Shown: positions 9,687 to 19,526 of the stretch, piece by piece
Layout: each line of letters opens with the position of its first letter
Numbering within the stretch: position 1 is the stretch's first letter
DNA from: Actinomycetota bacterium
Lineage (GTDB): Bacteria; Actinomycetota; UBA4738; HRBIN12
NCBI GenBank assembly: GCA_040004125.1
Contig: JBDUBL010000003.1
Coordinates: forward strand, 8,392 to 72,391
Length of the DNA stretch: 64,000 nucleotides
Direction of reading: 5' to 3'
Translations under genes and position numbers: made by a program
Notes under the pieces: generated by a model
Told to the model about the DNA's origin: nothing
Database searches by the model: none
The model's input: only the letters and a program-made list of their open reading frames with translations

Positions 9687-10957
9687 GGTGCGACTCCGCG
9701 CAGCTCCTTCATCCCCACGGGTCCCACAACCGCGAGCGTCATCGGTTGGGACAGTACCCGCTCGGCCACCCGATGCGCATCGTCCAAGCTCACGGCCTCA
9801 ACCCGCTGCAGCGTCTCGCTCAAGGTCAAGATCTCGCCGTGCGCCACCTCGGCTTTGCCCAGACGCGACATCCGGCTGCCGGGGTCTTCTTGCGACAGCA
9901 CGGTCGAGCCCTTCACATGGCTCTTCGCGCGGGCGAACTCTTCCGGGGTGATGCCGCCGTCGCGAACATCTTCAAGCTCGTGGCGCATGAGCCCAAGCAC
10001 CTCGGCGGCGCGGTTGGGAGCCGTTCCCGCGTAGGCGCTGAACACGCCGGCCTCAGTGTATTGCGAGTGGAAGCTGTAGGCGGTGTAGGCGAGCCCGCGC
10101 TTCTCGCGGATCTCCTGGAACAGGCGCGAGCTCATACCGCCCCCGAGCACGGTGTTCACGATCAGGAACGGGAATCGGTCGGGATCGGTGCGCGCGAGCC
10201 CGTTGGTACCGAGCACGATGTTGGCCTGCTCGACGCGCTTGCGCTTGATCATGTGTGCACCGGAGGGTTTCGGCGCACGGCGCATCACGCGGACCTCCTT
10301 TGCCGAGCGACCCCGCGCGCCCAGCGGCCGCCCGACGTCCATGCGCTCGGCGAGCATCGCCAGCACGCGATCGTGCTTCACGTTGCCCGCCACCGAGATG
10401 ACCATCCTGCCCGGCACGTAGTGGCGCCGGTAGAAGCCGCGCACCGACGCGCGCGTGGAGGCGCGGATCCGGTCCTTGGTCCCGAGGATTGGGCGTCCGA
10501 GCGGGTGCCCCGGCCACAAAGCCTCGGTGAACACGTCGTGCACCATGTCCTCGGGCGAGTCCTCGTGCATATCGATCTCGGACAGGATCACTTCGGTCTC
10601 ACCCGCGAGGTCGGCTGCGGCGATCTTCGAGTGCAGCAGCATGTCGACTAAGTGCTCGACCGCCATCTCGAGGTCGCGGTCGAGCACGCGCGCGTAGTAG
10701 CACGTGTACTCCTTGGCGGTGAACGCGTTCACATCGCCGCCGACCGCGTCGAACGCCTCGGCGATGTCGAGCGCGCTGCGCGACTCGGTCCCCTTGAACA
10801 GCAGGTGCTCGAGGAAATGACAGTGCCCGCTGATCGCCGGCCGCTCGTCACGAGAGCCGGCTAGCACCCAGATGCCGATCGTGGCGGAGCGGACGCCAGG
10901 CATCCGCTCCGTCACGACACGCAGACCCGAGCTGAACTCGGTGCGTGTGATCGTCAT
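9683..10957 (-). CDS. M16-family (pitrilysin-like) zinc peptidase
   Basis: Trimmed to ATG 10957 (MTITRTEFSSGLRVV...). Inverted zinc motif HFLEHLLFKG (HxxEH). Sits in the conserved position downstream of pnp. Confidence 0.9.
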   Translation of the reverse strand: MTITRTEFSSGLRVVTERMPGVRSATIGIWVLAGSRDERPAISGHCHFLEHLLFKGTESRSALDIAEAFDAVGGDVNAFTAKEYTCYYARVLDRDLEMAVEHLVDMLLHSKIAAADLAGETEVILSEIDMHEDSPEDMVHDVFTEALWPGHPLGRPILGTKDRIRASTRASVRGFYRRHYVPGRMVISVAGNVKHDRVLAMLAERMDVGRPLGARGRSAKEVRVMRRAPKPSGAHMIKRKRVEQANIVLGTNGLARTDPDRFPFLIVNTVLGGGMSSRLFQEIREKRGLAYTAYSFHSQYTEAGVFSAYAGTAPNRAAEVLGLMRHELEDVRDGGITPEEFARAKSHVKGSTVLSQEDPGSRMSRLGKAEVAHGEILTLSETLQRVEAVSLDDAHRVAERVLSQPMTLAVVGPVGMKELRGVAP

Positions 10958-10962
10958 CCGGC

Positions 10963-13293
10963 TCAGGCGTCGGTGGGCTCGCTCGGGGTGGCGTCGCCAC
11001 CGCCCTCGCGATCGCGGAACCGCTTTCCTGACCGCTGACTGCGATCGCGGTCGCCGCCGCCGCCACTGCTGCTGCTTCGGCCGCGATCGCCGCCGCGGTC
11101 GCGGTCGCGGCCACCGCCGGTGGAGGCCTCGGTACCCTCGGGCGCCTCCCACTCCGGACCGATCGGCTTCAGGCTGATCTTGCCCTGCGGATCGATGTCC
11201 TCGACCAGCACATTGACCAGGTCGCCTTCCTTGATGGCCTCCTCGACGCTGGACAGCCGCTTGCCGCGGCCGAGCTTCGAGATGTGGACCAGGCCGTCAC
11301 GCCCGGGCACCAGGTTGACGAACGCCCCGAAGGTCGTGGTCTTGACCACGCGACCCTCGTAGGTCTCGCCGACCAGCACCGGCCGCGGGTTCGCGATCTC
11401 GTCGATCATGCGCGCAGCCTCGTCGGCTCCGTCTCCCTGCGTCGACCCGATGAACACCGTGCCGTCGTCTTCGATGTTGATGTCGGCACCGGTCATCGCG
11501 ATGATCTCGTTGATCTTCTTGCCCTTGGGCCCGATGACCTCGCCGATCTTGTCGATCGGGATCTGGATCGTGATGATCCGCGGCGCGAACATGTTGACCT
11601 CTCCCCGCGGCTCCGGGATCGTCGCTAGCATGACGTCGAGGATCTGCATACGGGCGTCCTTCGCCTGCTGCAGCGCCCCGGCCAGCACGTCGGCCGGCAT
11701 GCCCTGAACCTTCATGTCCAGCTGGATCGCCGTGACGAACTCCTCGGTACCGGCGACCTTGAAGTCCATGTCGCCGAGTGCGTCCTCGGCGCCCAGGATG
11801 TCGGTCAGGGTCACGTACTTCCCGTCGTCGGCGATCATGCCCATCGCGATGCCGGCCACCGGCGCCTTGAGCGGCACACCGGCGTCCATCATCGACAAGG
11901 TCGAGCCGCAGACGCTGGCCATCGACGTCGAGCCGTTGGAGCTCATCACGTCGGACACCAGGCGCAGCGCATAGGGAAACTCGTCTTCGGGCGGCACCAC
12001 CGGCAGCAACGCGCGCTCGGCGAGCGCGCCGTGGCCGATCTCGCGCCGTCGCGGCGATCCCACGCGCCCGGTCTCACCGGTGCTGTAGGGCGGGAAATTG
12101 TAGTGGTGCATGTAGCGCTTCGTGTCCTCGGGATCGAGCGTGTCGATCATCTGGGTCATGCGCAGCATGCCGAGCGTGGCCACGTTGAGCACCTGTGTGT
12201 CGCCCCGGCTGAACAACGCCGAACCGTGCGCCCGCGGCAACACGCCGACCTCGGCCGACAACGGCCGGATCTCGGTGGCACCGCGGCCGTCGAGCCGCAC
12301 GCCCTGCTCGACCACGCGGCGACGCATGACCTTTTTCTGCAGCGACTTCCACGCGGGGCCGAACTCGGCCGCCCGCTCGGCGAACGCCTCTTCGCCCAGC
12401 GTTGCGGCCAGGTGTGCCTTCGCCTCTTCCTTCACGGCGCCGAAGGCCTCGTCACGTGCCGCACGGTCCGGCACGATGGCGGCCTCCAGCTTGCCCGCGA
12501 AGTTCGCGTACAGCGCGTCCCACAGGTCCTCGCCATACTGCGGCGTGGGGGTCCACTCCATCTCGGAGACGCCGTGGGCGGTGATGAACTCGTCCTGGAA
12601 CGCGATGATCTTGGCGATCTCGGTCTTGGCGACCTCGAGGCCCTGCGCAACGACCTCTTCGGTCGGCGCCATCGCACCCTCGGCCAGCAACGACCACGTG
12701 TGCACGGGGGCCTCACCCTCGATCATGAGCACGTCGACGCCGCCATCGTCGCTCTTGGAGCCGGCCACGACGATGTCGAACGTGGCGTTCTCGACCTCTT
12801 GGTAGGTCGGGTTGATGACCCACGCACCATCGATCAGGCCGAGGCGCACGGCGGCGACCGGCCCCTCGAACGGCAGGCCCGCCAAACCGACGGCGCATGC
12901 CGCGGCATTCATGGCCGGGATGTCGTAGGGGTTCTCCATGTCGACGGACAACACGGTCACGACCACCTGGACCTCGTCGCGGAACCCTTCCTTGAAGGTC
13001 GGGCGCAACGGGCGGTCGATCAGACGGGCCGTGAGGATCGCGGTCTCGCCGGGACGGCCCTCCCGACGGAAGAACGACCCGGGGATCTTACCGGCGGCGT
13101 ACGCCCGCTCCTCGACATCGATCGTGAGCGGGAAGAAATCGATCCCCTCGCGGGGCTTGGAACGGACGCAGGTGGCGACCACCTGGGTCTGTCCGTAGGT
13201 AACGACGACGGCGCCGTCGGCAAGCTTCGCAAGCTTGCCGGTCTGCATCGTCAGGTCGTGCGCGCCGATGGGGCGCGTCATCTCAGTGACCAT
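10963..13293 (-). CDS. pnp: Polyribonucleotide nucleotidyltransferase (PNPase) with an Arg/Gly/Asp-rich C-terminal tail
   Basis: 776 aa with two RNase PH domains, KH and S1 (FKVAGT, GSTSMASVCG, GRVVKTTTFGAFV). AAGGAGGA lies 9 nt upstream of ATG 13293. Confidence 0.96.
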   Translation of the reverse strand: MVTEMTRPIGAHDLTMQTGKLAKLADGAVVVTYGQTQVVATCVRSKPREGIDFFPLTIDVEERAYAAGKIPGSFFRREGRPGETAILTARLIDRPLRPTFKEGFRDEVQVVVTVLSVDMENPYDIPAMNAAACAVGLAGLPFEGPVAAVRLGLIDGAWVINPTYQEVENATFDIVVAGSKSDDGGVDVLMIEGEAPVHTWSLLAEGAMAPTEEVVAQGLEVAKTEIAKIIAFQDEFITAHGVSEMEWTPTPQYGEDLWDALYANFAGKLEAAIVPDRAARDEAFGAVKEEAKAHLAATLGEEAFAERAAEFGPAWKSLQKKVMRRRVVEQGVRLDGRGATEIRPLSAEVGVLPRAHGSALFSRGDTQVLNVATLGMLRMTQMIDTLDPEDTKRYMHHYNFPPYSTGETGRVGSPRRREIGHGALAERALLPVVPPEDEFPYALRLVSDVMSSNGSTSMASVCGSTLSMMDAGVPLKAPVAGIAMGMIADDGKYVTLTDILGAEDALGDMDFKVAGTEEFVTAIQLDMKVQGMPADVLAGALQQAKDARMQILDVMLATIPEPRGEVNMFAPRIITIQIPIDKIGEVIGPKGKKINEIIAMTGADINIEDDGTVFIGSTQGDGADEAARMIDEIANPRPVLVGETYEGRVVKTTTFGAFVNLVPGRDGLVHISKLGRGKRLSSVEEAIKEGDLVNVLVEDIDPQGKISLKPIGPEWEAPEGTEASTGGGRDRDRGGDRGRSSSSGGGGDRDRSQRSGKRFRDREGGGDATPSEPTDA

Positions 13294-13489
13294 CCGGTCG
13301 GGTCCTCCTTGGACTCGTGGGCGCGCGGCGCGCGCCTCAATCAGGCGGGGGACGTCGGCCGGTTGTCAGTGGTGAATCTCCGAACCGCAGCGGGCTGCGG
13401 GGATTCGCCACTGAGAACCGACCGGGCTTCGGGGCCTCCCTCGGGGCCGGGAGTTTGGGCTGTGGTGCATCACCCCCTCATGCGATGAA
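13294..13489 (-). promoter_or_regulatory. Structured pnp 5' leader (candidate Actino-pnp-type cis-regulatory RNA)
   Basis: This is the ~200-nt rpsO-pnp spacer. It contains a long imperfect hairpin at 13367-13413 (cagtggtgaatc...ccgcagc ggg ctgcgg...gattcgccactg). A conserved RNA motif is known upstream of actinobacterial pnp genes. I could not score it against a covariance model. Confidence 0.4.
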
Positions 13490-13506
13490 GGCCCCCGGCG
13501 GGGGCC
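13490..13506 (-). terminator. GC hairpin just downstream of rpsO (terminator/processing hairpin)
   Basis: ggccccc-ggc-gggggcc (7-bp stem) lies 13 nt after the rpsO stop. Only a short U stretch follows on the minus strand. Confidence 0.4.
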
Positions 13507-13518
13507 CCGACGCACGTC

Positions 13519-13788
13519 CTAGCGGCGAAGACCGAGCTTCGCGACGATGTCGCGATAGCGCGTGATGTCCTCGCGCTTCAAGTACTCCAACAGCCGACGG
13601 CGACGGCCGACGAGCATCAGCAGGCCACGGCGGCTGTGGTGATCGTGTTTGTGGCTCTTTAGGTGATCGGTCAGATCGGTGATGCGCCTCGTCAGTACGG
13701 CGATCTGCACCTCGGCGGATCCGGTGTCGCCCGTGGTACGAGCATGTTCCGCGATGATGGCGGTCTTGTCTTGTGTGGTCAACGTCAT
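13519..13788 (-). CDS. rpsO: 30S ribosomal protein S15
   Basis: 89 aa: [36 protein letters not shown]...[16 protein letters not shown]. Confidence 0.97.
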   Translation of the reverse strand: MTLTTQDKTAIIAEHARTTGDTGSAEVQIAVLTRRITDLTDHLKSHKHDHHSRRGLLMLVGRRRRLLEYLKREDITRYRDIVAKLGLRR

Positions 13789-13831
13789 GGTCAGTGGACA
13801 AGGCTACCAGCGGCTGTGGGGCTGTGACCTG

Positions 13832-14773
13832 CTACGCAAGCGACGCATCGGGTACCAAGGCTCGGGCGCGGGCCACATCGAGCGTGATCGCCGCGACGAG
13901 CTCCTCGACCCCGTCGTACTTCTCCTCGTCGCGCAATCGGGCCCAAAACTCGATGCCGAGCGGCTCGCCGGGCAGGTCCTCGCCCTCATAGTCGAGCAGG
14001 AACGCCTCCACGTGTAGCGGCTCGACACCGAACGTCGGGTTGGTGCCCACATCCAGGGCGGTGCGGTACCGGCGCCCCCTGTGCTCGGCGACACCGACGT
14101 AGATGCCTTGCCCCGGAAGCAAGAGCCTCGGCCAGGTCCGTAGGTTCGCCGTTGGGTAGCCGAGCCCTTTGCCGCGCCCGTGGCCCGTGACGACCTCGCC
14201 GTCCAGGACGAAGCGTCGGCCCAGGGCCTCGCGCGGCCATACGAGGTCGCCGGCCGCCAGCGCCTCGCGGATCGACGTCGAGGACACCGTTCGCCCCTCC
14301 AGCTCGACGAGCGGCACCGCCTCGGCGGTCAGCCCGAATGGGGCGCCGATCTGCGGCAGGTTCTCCATCGTGCCCAAGGCCTTGAAGCCGAACGTGAAGT
14401 TGGCCCCCATCGCGGCATGCTGCGCGTGGACCCCGGCCACCAGGATCTGCGCGACGAACTCCTCGGCGGGCACGAGCGAGAAGTCACGGTCGAACGGCAG
14501 GACAACGAGCACGTCGACCCCACACGCGGCGATCAGCTCCGCCCGACGCTCGACGGTCGTCATCAGTCGCGGCTCGCTGCCGGGCGACAGGACCTCGCGA
14601 GGATGCCGATCGAACGTGAGGGCGACGCTTCGCACACCGCGTGCGCTGGCCTCGGCTGCGACGCGCGTGAACACCGCCTGGTGGCCTTTGTGTACCCCGT
14701 CGAAGAACCCAACGGTCCCAACGCACGGTCGATCGTCCAGTGGGAGCGCCTCGAGCCCGTGCAGCACCTGCAT
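13832..14773 (-). CDS. ribF: Bifunctional riboflavin kinase / FMN adenylyltransferase
   Basis: 313 aa with GFFDGVHKGH, GYPTANL and the riboflavin-kinase C-terminal half. Confidence 0.94.
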   Translation of the reverse strand: MQVLHGLEALPLDDRPCVGTVGFFDGVHKGHQAVFTRVAAEASARGVRSVALTFDRHPREVLSPGSEPRLMTTVERRAELIAACGVDVLVVLPFDRDFSLVPAEEFVAQILVAGVHAQHAAMGANFTFGFKALGTMENLPQIGAPFGLTAEAVPLVELEGRTVSSTSIREALAAGDLVWPREALGRRFVLDGEVVTGHGRGKGLGYPTANLRTWPRLLLPGQGIYVGVAEHRGRRYRTALDVGTNPTFGVEPLHVEAFLLDYEGEDLPGEPLGIEFWARLRDEEKYDGVEELVAAITLDVARARALVPDASLA

Positions 14774-14800
14774 CGCGATGGAGGCTATCGGACCTTGGAC

Positions 14801-15670
14801 CTACCGCGGCGCCAGGATCACGAGCGGGCGCGCCTTGGACCCCTCGTCGCGATAGACACCGATCAGCAGGCCCTCGGGGTCATAGACCCCGTACGGGCCT
14901 TCGATCGCGGCGGGGGCGAGGATCCGGCCGTGCGACGCCGCGATCGACTCCTCGTGCTCGAGCGGGAACCTCGGCAGATGTGAGACCGCGCGCTCCAGCG
15001 GCAAGGGTGGACCGGGCTCGCCGGGCGTGGTAGCGGCATCGACGGTGAACGGGCCGATCGCGGTGCGCCGAAGCGCGATCAGATGGGCCCCGCAGCCAAG
15101 CGCCGTGCCGACGTCGGCGGCCAAGACGCGCACGTACGTGCCGCCGCTCACGGTGCACGAGAATGAGACGACCTCGCCCGTACGACCCGTGAACTCGAAG
15201 CGATCGACCCGGACGATCCGAGCCGGCGCGTCCAATGTCTCGCCCTTGCGGGCGGCTTCGTAGAGCTTGCGGCCACCCACCTTGACCGCCGAATACGCGG
15301 GCGGCCGCTGCGCACTCGCACCGTGCTTCGCCGCCATGGCGGCGCGGATCGCATCGTCGCTCACTTCCACGGGCGCCTCACGCGTGACGTCGCCGTCGGC
15401 GTCCAGCGTGGCGGTCTCGACCCCGAGAAGCATCGCTCCCTCATAGACCTTCGAAAGGTCGCCCAGGAAACGCAGCAGCCGCGTGGCCCGCCCAACCCCG
15501 ATCACCAGCAGGCCGGTCGCCATAGGATCGAGCGTTCCCGCGTGGCCGACCTTCCGCGTCGACAGGGCTCGGCGGACGGCGGCCACGGCGTCGTGCGACG
15601 TGATGCCACCGGGCTTGTCGATGAGCAGGAGCCCGTCGGGCCCTGGTCCGCGGCGTGCGTCGGCGTTCAC
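14801..15670 (-). CDS. truB: tRNA pseudouridine(55) synthase
   Basis: 289 aa with the catalytic motif GHAGTLDPMATGLL. Confidence 0.94.
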   Translation of the reverse strand: MNADARRGPGPDGLLLIDKPGGITSHDAVAAVRRALSTRKVGHAGTLDPMATGLLVIGVGRATRLLRFLGDLSKVYEGAMLLGVETATLDADGDVTREAPVEVSDDAIRAAMAAKHGASAQRPPAYSAVKVGGRKLYEAARKGETLDAPARIVRVDRFEFTGRTGEVVSFSCTVSGGTYVRVLAADVGTALGCGAHLIALRRTAIGPFTVDAATTPGEPGPPLPLERAVSHLPRFPLEHEESIAASHGRILAPAAIEGPYGVYDPEGLLIGVYRDEGSKARPLVILAPR

Positions 15671-16650
15671 GGGGCGACGGGGTCGCCGAGCAGCGCCGCA
15701 CGAAGGTCCGCGATCGTGGCAGCGGGGCCATGCTCGCTGGTGTAGCCGGCGGCGAGCCGGTGCCCGCCGCCGCCGAACGTCGCGGCGATCACACTCAGAT
15801 CATGCGCCCCGCGAGAGCGCACGCTCACCTTGAACCGCCCGTCGCGCTGCTGCTTGAGCACGGCGGCAGCGTCTGCCTCGCGTGTCGAGCGCAACACGTC
15901 GATCAGATCGTCCACCTCGCCGGGACCGATGTCGGCGCGTTCGAAGTCGGACCACAAAATGTAGGTCCAGACGAGATCGGCGGCGGCGTCCAGCTGTGCG
16001 CGCGACATCGCGACCGATAACACGTCGAGGTAGGACACACGGTTGTCCTCGTACAGGAGCTGCGAGACGCGGGCATGATCGAAGGGGTGCTCGCGTAACC
16101 GTGCCGCAAGTCGAAGCGTCGCCGGCGTCGCCGCCTCGTATTGGAACCGTCCCGTGTCGGCGATCAGACCTGCGTACAGACAGACGGCCGACGCGTCGGT
16201 CATGTCGCCGCCGATCGCATCGATCACCCCGGCCGCCAGCTCGCAGGTGCTTGACGCGGCCGGGTCGACCAGGCGGATCGTTCCGCGCCCGTCATTCGAG
16301 CGATGGTGATCGATCCAGATCAGCTCTCGTGCGGCCGTCGCGGCATCCCCGAGCGGTCCCAGCCGGTCGAACGAGGCACAGTCGCACGTGACCATCACGT
16401 CGGGCGCCGCCGGAAAGTCAGTCACCTCCACCAACAGCTCGAGCCCGGGCAGCGCCTCGCCCCAGCGCGGCACTACCAACGGCTGGTTCGGAAACGAGCA
16501 CACCACCGCCGCGCCACGGGCGGCCAGATGATGTGCCAGACCGAGCATCGAGCCGAGGGCGTCGGCATCTGGATTCACGTGACATGCGAGCGCGACCGTC
16601 GGCGCGTCACGCAAGACCGAGGCCGCGCGCTCGAGCTGCTCAGAGTCCAT
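15667..16650 (-). CDS. nrnA: DHH/DHHA1 phosphoesterase (NrnA-type oligoribonuclease / pAp phosphatase)
   Basis: 327 aa with motifs HVNPDADALGS, DHH (WIDHHRSN) and GGGH (FGGGGHRLAAG). Sits in the conserved position between rbfA and truB. Confidence 0.88.
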   Translation of the reverse strand: MDSEQLERAASVLRDAPTVALACHVNPDADALGSMLGLAHHLAARGAAVVCSFPNQPLVVPRWGEALPGLELLVEVTDFPAAPDVMVTCDCASFDRLGPLGDAATAARELIWIDHHRSNDGRGTIRLVDPAASSTCELAAGVIDAIGGDMTDASAVCLYAGLIADTGRFQYEAATPATLRLAARLREHPFDHARVSQLLYEDNRVSYLDVLSVAMSRAQLDAAADLVWTYILWSDFERADIGPGEVDDLIDVLRSTREADAAAVLKQQRDGRFKVSVRSRGAHDLSVIAATFGGGGHRLAAGYTSEHGPAATIADLRAALLGDPVAP

Positions 16651-17002
16651 CGGGCTCGTCCTGTCTCGTAACCTGCTGCAAGAGCCGGTCGATCTGCTCG
16701 GCCTGGACCAACAGCTCGTCTTGCTCGAAACGGAGCTCGGGCGTGACCTTCAGTCGAACCTGCCGGCCGAGCTCGCGGCGTAGATGCGGCGCCGCCGAGC
16801 GTAAGGCCGCGCGGGTGCCGGCCCGCGCCTTCTCGTCGCCCAGCACCGTGTAGTAGACCCACGCCACCCGCAGATCGGGCGATACCTTCACGCCGGTGAC
16901 GGTTACGAACCCCACGCGAGGGTCTTTCAGCTGGTGGATCGCTTCGGCGAGGATCTCTCGGAACTCCTCACCGACGCGCTCGGTCCGTGCTCCCTGCGGC
17001 AT
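16640..17002 (-). CDS. rbfA: Ribosome-binding factor A
   Basis: 120 aa: RVGEEFREILAE...LKDPRVGFVTVTGVKVSPDLRVAWVYY. Confidence 0.93.
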   Translation of the reverse strand: MPQGARTERVGEEFREILAEAIHQLKDPRVGFVTVTGVKVSPDLRVAWVYYTVLGDEKARAGTRAALRSAAPHLRRELGRQVRLKVTPELRFEQDELLVQAEQIDRLLQQVTRQDEPDGL

Positions 17003-17099
17003 GCGTCCAGGGTACTCGTCGTCGGCTCATTCCTCGGGCGCCCCGAGTTGCAGGTCCCGATCGACCGCGTCGAACCGTTCGACGGCCACAATCACGGGA

Positions 17100-19247
17100 T
17101 CAGATCGTCCGGGCGACCTCTTCGACGTCGTAGACCTCGACGAGGTCGCCTTCCTTGAGGTCCTGGTAGTTCTCCAGGCCGATGCCGCATTCGTAGCCCT
17201 CGCGAACTTCGCCGACGTCGTCCTTGAAACGGCGCAGGGACGCGATCTTGCCGTCGTAGACCACAACGCCGTCGCGCACCAATCGGGCGAGCGCGTTGCG
17301 CTTGATCGTGCCGCCCCGCACGTAGGAGCCGCCGATCATGCCGAGCTTCGGCACGCGGAAGGTCTGACGGATCTCTGCCTCGCCGAGCACGCGCTCGTGC
17401 TCCTCGGGCTTGAGCATGCCCGACAACGCCGCCTTGATGTCGTCGATCGCGTCGTAGATCACCTTATAGGTGCGGATGTCGACGCCTTCCTTCGCGGCGA
17501 GCTCGCGCGCGTTGGTGTCCGGGCGTACGTTGAAGCCGACGATGATCGCGTCGGATGCCATGGCGAGCGTGACGTCGTTCTCGGTGATGCCCCCGGCGCC
17601 GGCGCGCACGATGTTCACGCGAACCTCCTCTTGCGGCAGCTTCAGCAACGAGTCCTCCAGCGCTTGCACCGAGCCTTGCACGTCTGCCTTCACGATCAGG
17701 TTGAGCTCCGTGATGGCGTCGGCTCCGGTGCGCCGAAGCAGGTCCTGCAATGTCGCGCGTCGCGCCACCACGAGCTCGGCCTGGCGCGATTTGGCCTCCC
17801 GCTCCTCCGCGATATGGCGCGCCTCACGCTCGTCCTCGACCTCGCGGAAGTCATCCCCCGCGCTCGGCACATGGCTCCATCCGAGGATCACGACCGGCTT
17901 GGACAACCCGGCGACGTCGACGGGCTTGCCGTTCTCGTCCTGCATCGCTCGGATCCGGCAATAGGCGGTACCCGCGATCAGCGCGTCGCCGACCGAGAGC
18001 TCGCCCTTCTGTACGAGCACCGTCGCGACAGGGCCGCGTCCCTTGTCGAGATGCGCCTCGAGCACCGTGCCCCGGGCTCGCCCGGTCGGATCGCCCTTGA
18101 GATCCTCGAGATCCGCGACCACCAACAACGTCTCGAGCAGCTTGTCGAGGTTCTGATGCACCTTCGCAGACACATCGACGAACTCGAAGTCGCCGCCCCA
18201 CTCGGACGGAATGATGCCGTGCTCCACCATCTGCGTGCGCACGCGGTTGGGGTCGGCGTTTTCTTTGTCGACCTTGTTCACCGCGACGACGATCGGCACG
18301 TTGGCGGCCTTGGCGTGGTCCAGCGCCTCGAGCGTCTGTGGCATCACGCCGTCGTCGGCGGCAACCACCAACACGGCGATGTCGGTCACGCTGGCACCGC
18401 GTGCCCGCATCGCGGTAAACGCCTCGTGGCCGGGCGTGTCGATGAACGTGATCTCGCGCTCGCCAGCGTGCGCCTGGTAGGCGCCGATGTGTTGCGTGAT
18501 GCCGCCGAACTCACCCGCGACCACGTCGGTCGAACGGATCGCGTCCAGGAGCTTCGTCTTGCCGTGGTCGACGTGGCCCATGATCGTGACCACCGGGGCA
18601 CGCGTCTCGAGCTTGGTCTCATCGATGACCTCGGCTTCTTCTTCAGCTTTCAGCTCGTCTTGGAGCCCGACGATGTCGGCGGCATAGCCAAGCTCTACCG
18701 CGATCAGCTCGATCGCCTCGTCGCCCAGCGACGTGGTTGCGGTGACCATATCGCCGGCCAAGAACAGGATCTTGACGATCTCGGCGGGCGAGCGGTTGGT
18801 CTTCTCGGCGATCGTCTGCGGCGTGGCGCCGTGGATGACCTGCAGCACCGGTCCGGTCGGGCGGTCGGGTTCCTCGGCCGGGCGCCGACGTTGTTTCGCG
18901 GTCTGAGCCTCCTCGGCAGGTGGCGCCGGGGCGATCGGATCCGCGCCGGTCTCGGGCGCAGGCACCTCGTCCGCGGCTGCCACGGCCTTCGGCTCGACTT
19001 TTGCCTTGGGCTTGGCTGCCGCCTTGGGCTTGGCTTTCGGCTTGCGCGGCGCCGGCGGTGGCTCAAGCACTTCGCGAGGCTTGGCCGGCGTGGTGGTCAC
19101 CTTGCCGCCGGAGGCCCGCAGGCGCGGGACGATGTCCTCGGGCACGCTGGAAGAAGCGGACTTGCCCGTCACGCCCATCGCACCAAGCGTTTCCAGCAGC
19201 TCTTTGCTGCTCACGCCCAGTTCCTTCGCCAGTTCGTGGACCCTCAC
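17100..19247 (-). CDS. infB: Translation initiation factor IF-2
   Basis: 715 aa with a Lys/Ala/Pro-rich N-terminal region and G-domain motifs [20 protein letters not shown] and NKVD. Confidence 0.97.
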   Translation of the reverse strand: MRVHELAKELGVSSKELLETLGAMGVTGKSASSSVPEDIVPRLRASGGKVTTTPAKPREVLEPPPAPRKPKAKPKAAAKPKAKVEPKAVAAADEVPAPETGADPIAPAPPAEEAQTAKQRRRPAEEPDRPTGPVLQVIHGATPQTIAEKTNRSPAEIVKILFLAGDMVTATTSLGDEAIELIAVELGYAADIVGLQDELKAEEEAEVIDETKLETRAPVVTIMGHVDHGKTKLLDAIRSTDVVAGEFGGITQHIGAYQAHAGEREITFIDTPGHEAFTAMRARGASVTDIAVLVVAADDGVMPQTLEALDHAKAANVPIVVAVNKVDKENADPNRVRTQMVEHGIIPSEWGGDFEFVDVSAKVHQNLDKLLETLLVVADLEDLKGDPTGRARGTVLEAHLDKGRGPVATVLVQKGELSVGDALIAGTAYCRIRAMQDENGKPVDVAGLSKPVVILGWSHVPSAGDDFREVEDEREARHIAEEREAKSRQAELVVARRATLQDLLRRTGADAITELNLIVKADVQGSVQALEDSLLKLPQEEVRVNIVRAGAGGITENDVTLAMASDAIIVGFNVRPDTNARELAAKEGVDIRTYKVIYDAIDDIKAALSGMLKPEEHERVLGEAEIRQTFRVPKLGMIGGSYVRGGTIKRNALARLVRDGVVVYDGKIASLRRFKDDVGEVREGYECGIGLENYQDLKEGDLVEVYDVEEVARTI

Positions 19248-19522
19248 GCACGCTCCTGCTTCTCGGTGGACAGTTCCGTAAGCCTACCTGCCGTCTCCGG
19301 ATCGACGCCTGCTCGCAACGCCTTAGCCAACCCCCCGCGCGCCAGGGCCGCTTCGACGCAGCTCGCGTGCGGATGCACCCATGCCCCTCGACCCGGTGCC
19401 CGCCGGGTCGCGTCGACCACGACCTCGCCATCGGCCGTGCGCACGACACGCAGCATCCCCGCGGTTGGCCCGATCGAGCGGCACCCGACGCAGGTTCGCA
19501 GCGGTTCGTGAGCCCCCGCCAC
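19244..19522 (-). CDS. ylxR: YlxR/DUF448 family RNA-binding protein
   Basis: 92 aa with RTCVGCR and GRGAWVH motifs. Sits between nusA and infB with a 4-nt overlap. Confidence 0.88.
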   Translation of the reverse strand: MAGAHEPLRTCVGCRSIGPTAGMLRVVRTADGEVVVDATRRAPGRGAWVHPHASCVEAALARGGLAKALRAGVDPETAGRLTELSTEKQERA

Positions 19523-19526
19523 CGTG

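Noticed and set aside
17003-17099. infB-rbfA spacer examined for a small gene (DUF503-type) or a tRNA
   Set aside because: It is only 97 nt with two short 6-bp hairpins. There is no ORF with a coding signature and no cloverleaf-like sequence.
16896-19511. 871-aa plus-strand ORF, plus similar long ORFs at 1710-3302, 12031-13488, 27075-28988, 33378-35117, 43621-45723 and 48938-49894
   Set aside because: All are antisense to strongly recognisable genes (infB, rnj, pnp, ispG/kinase, cdsA/frr, dprA/comM, lepB/rplS). They have Arg/His/Asp/Gly-dominated junk composition and G/C-rich first rather than third codon positions.
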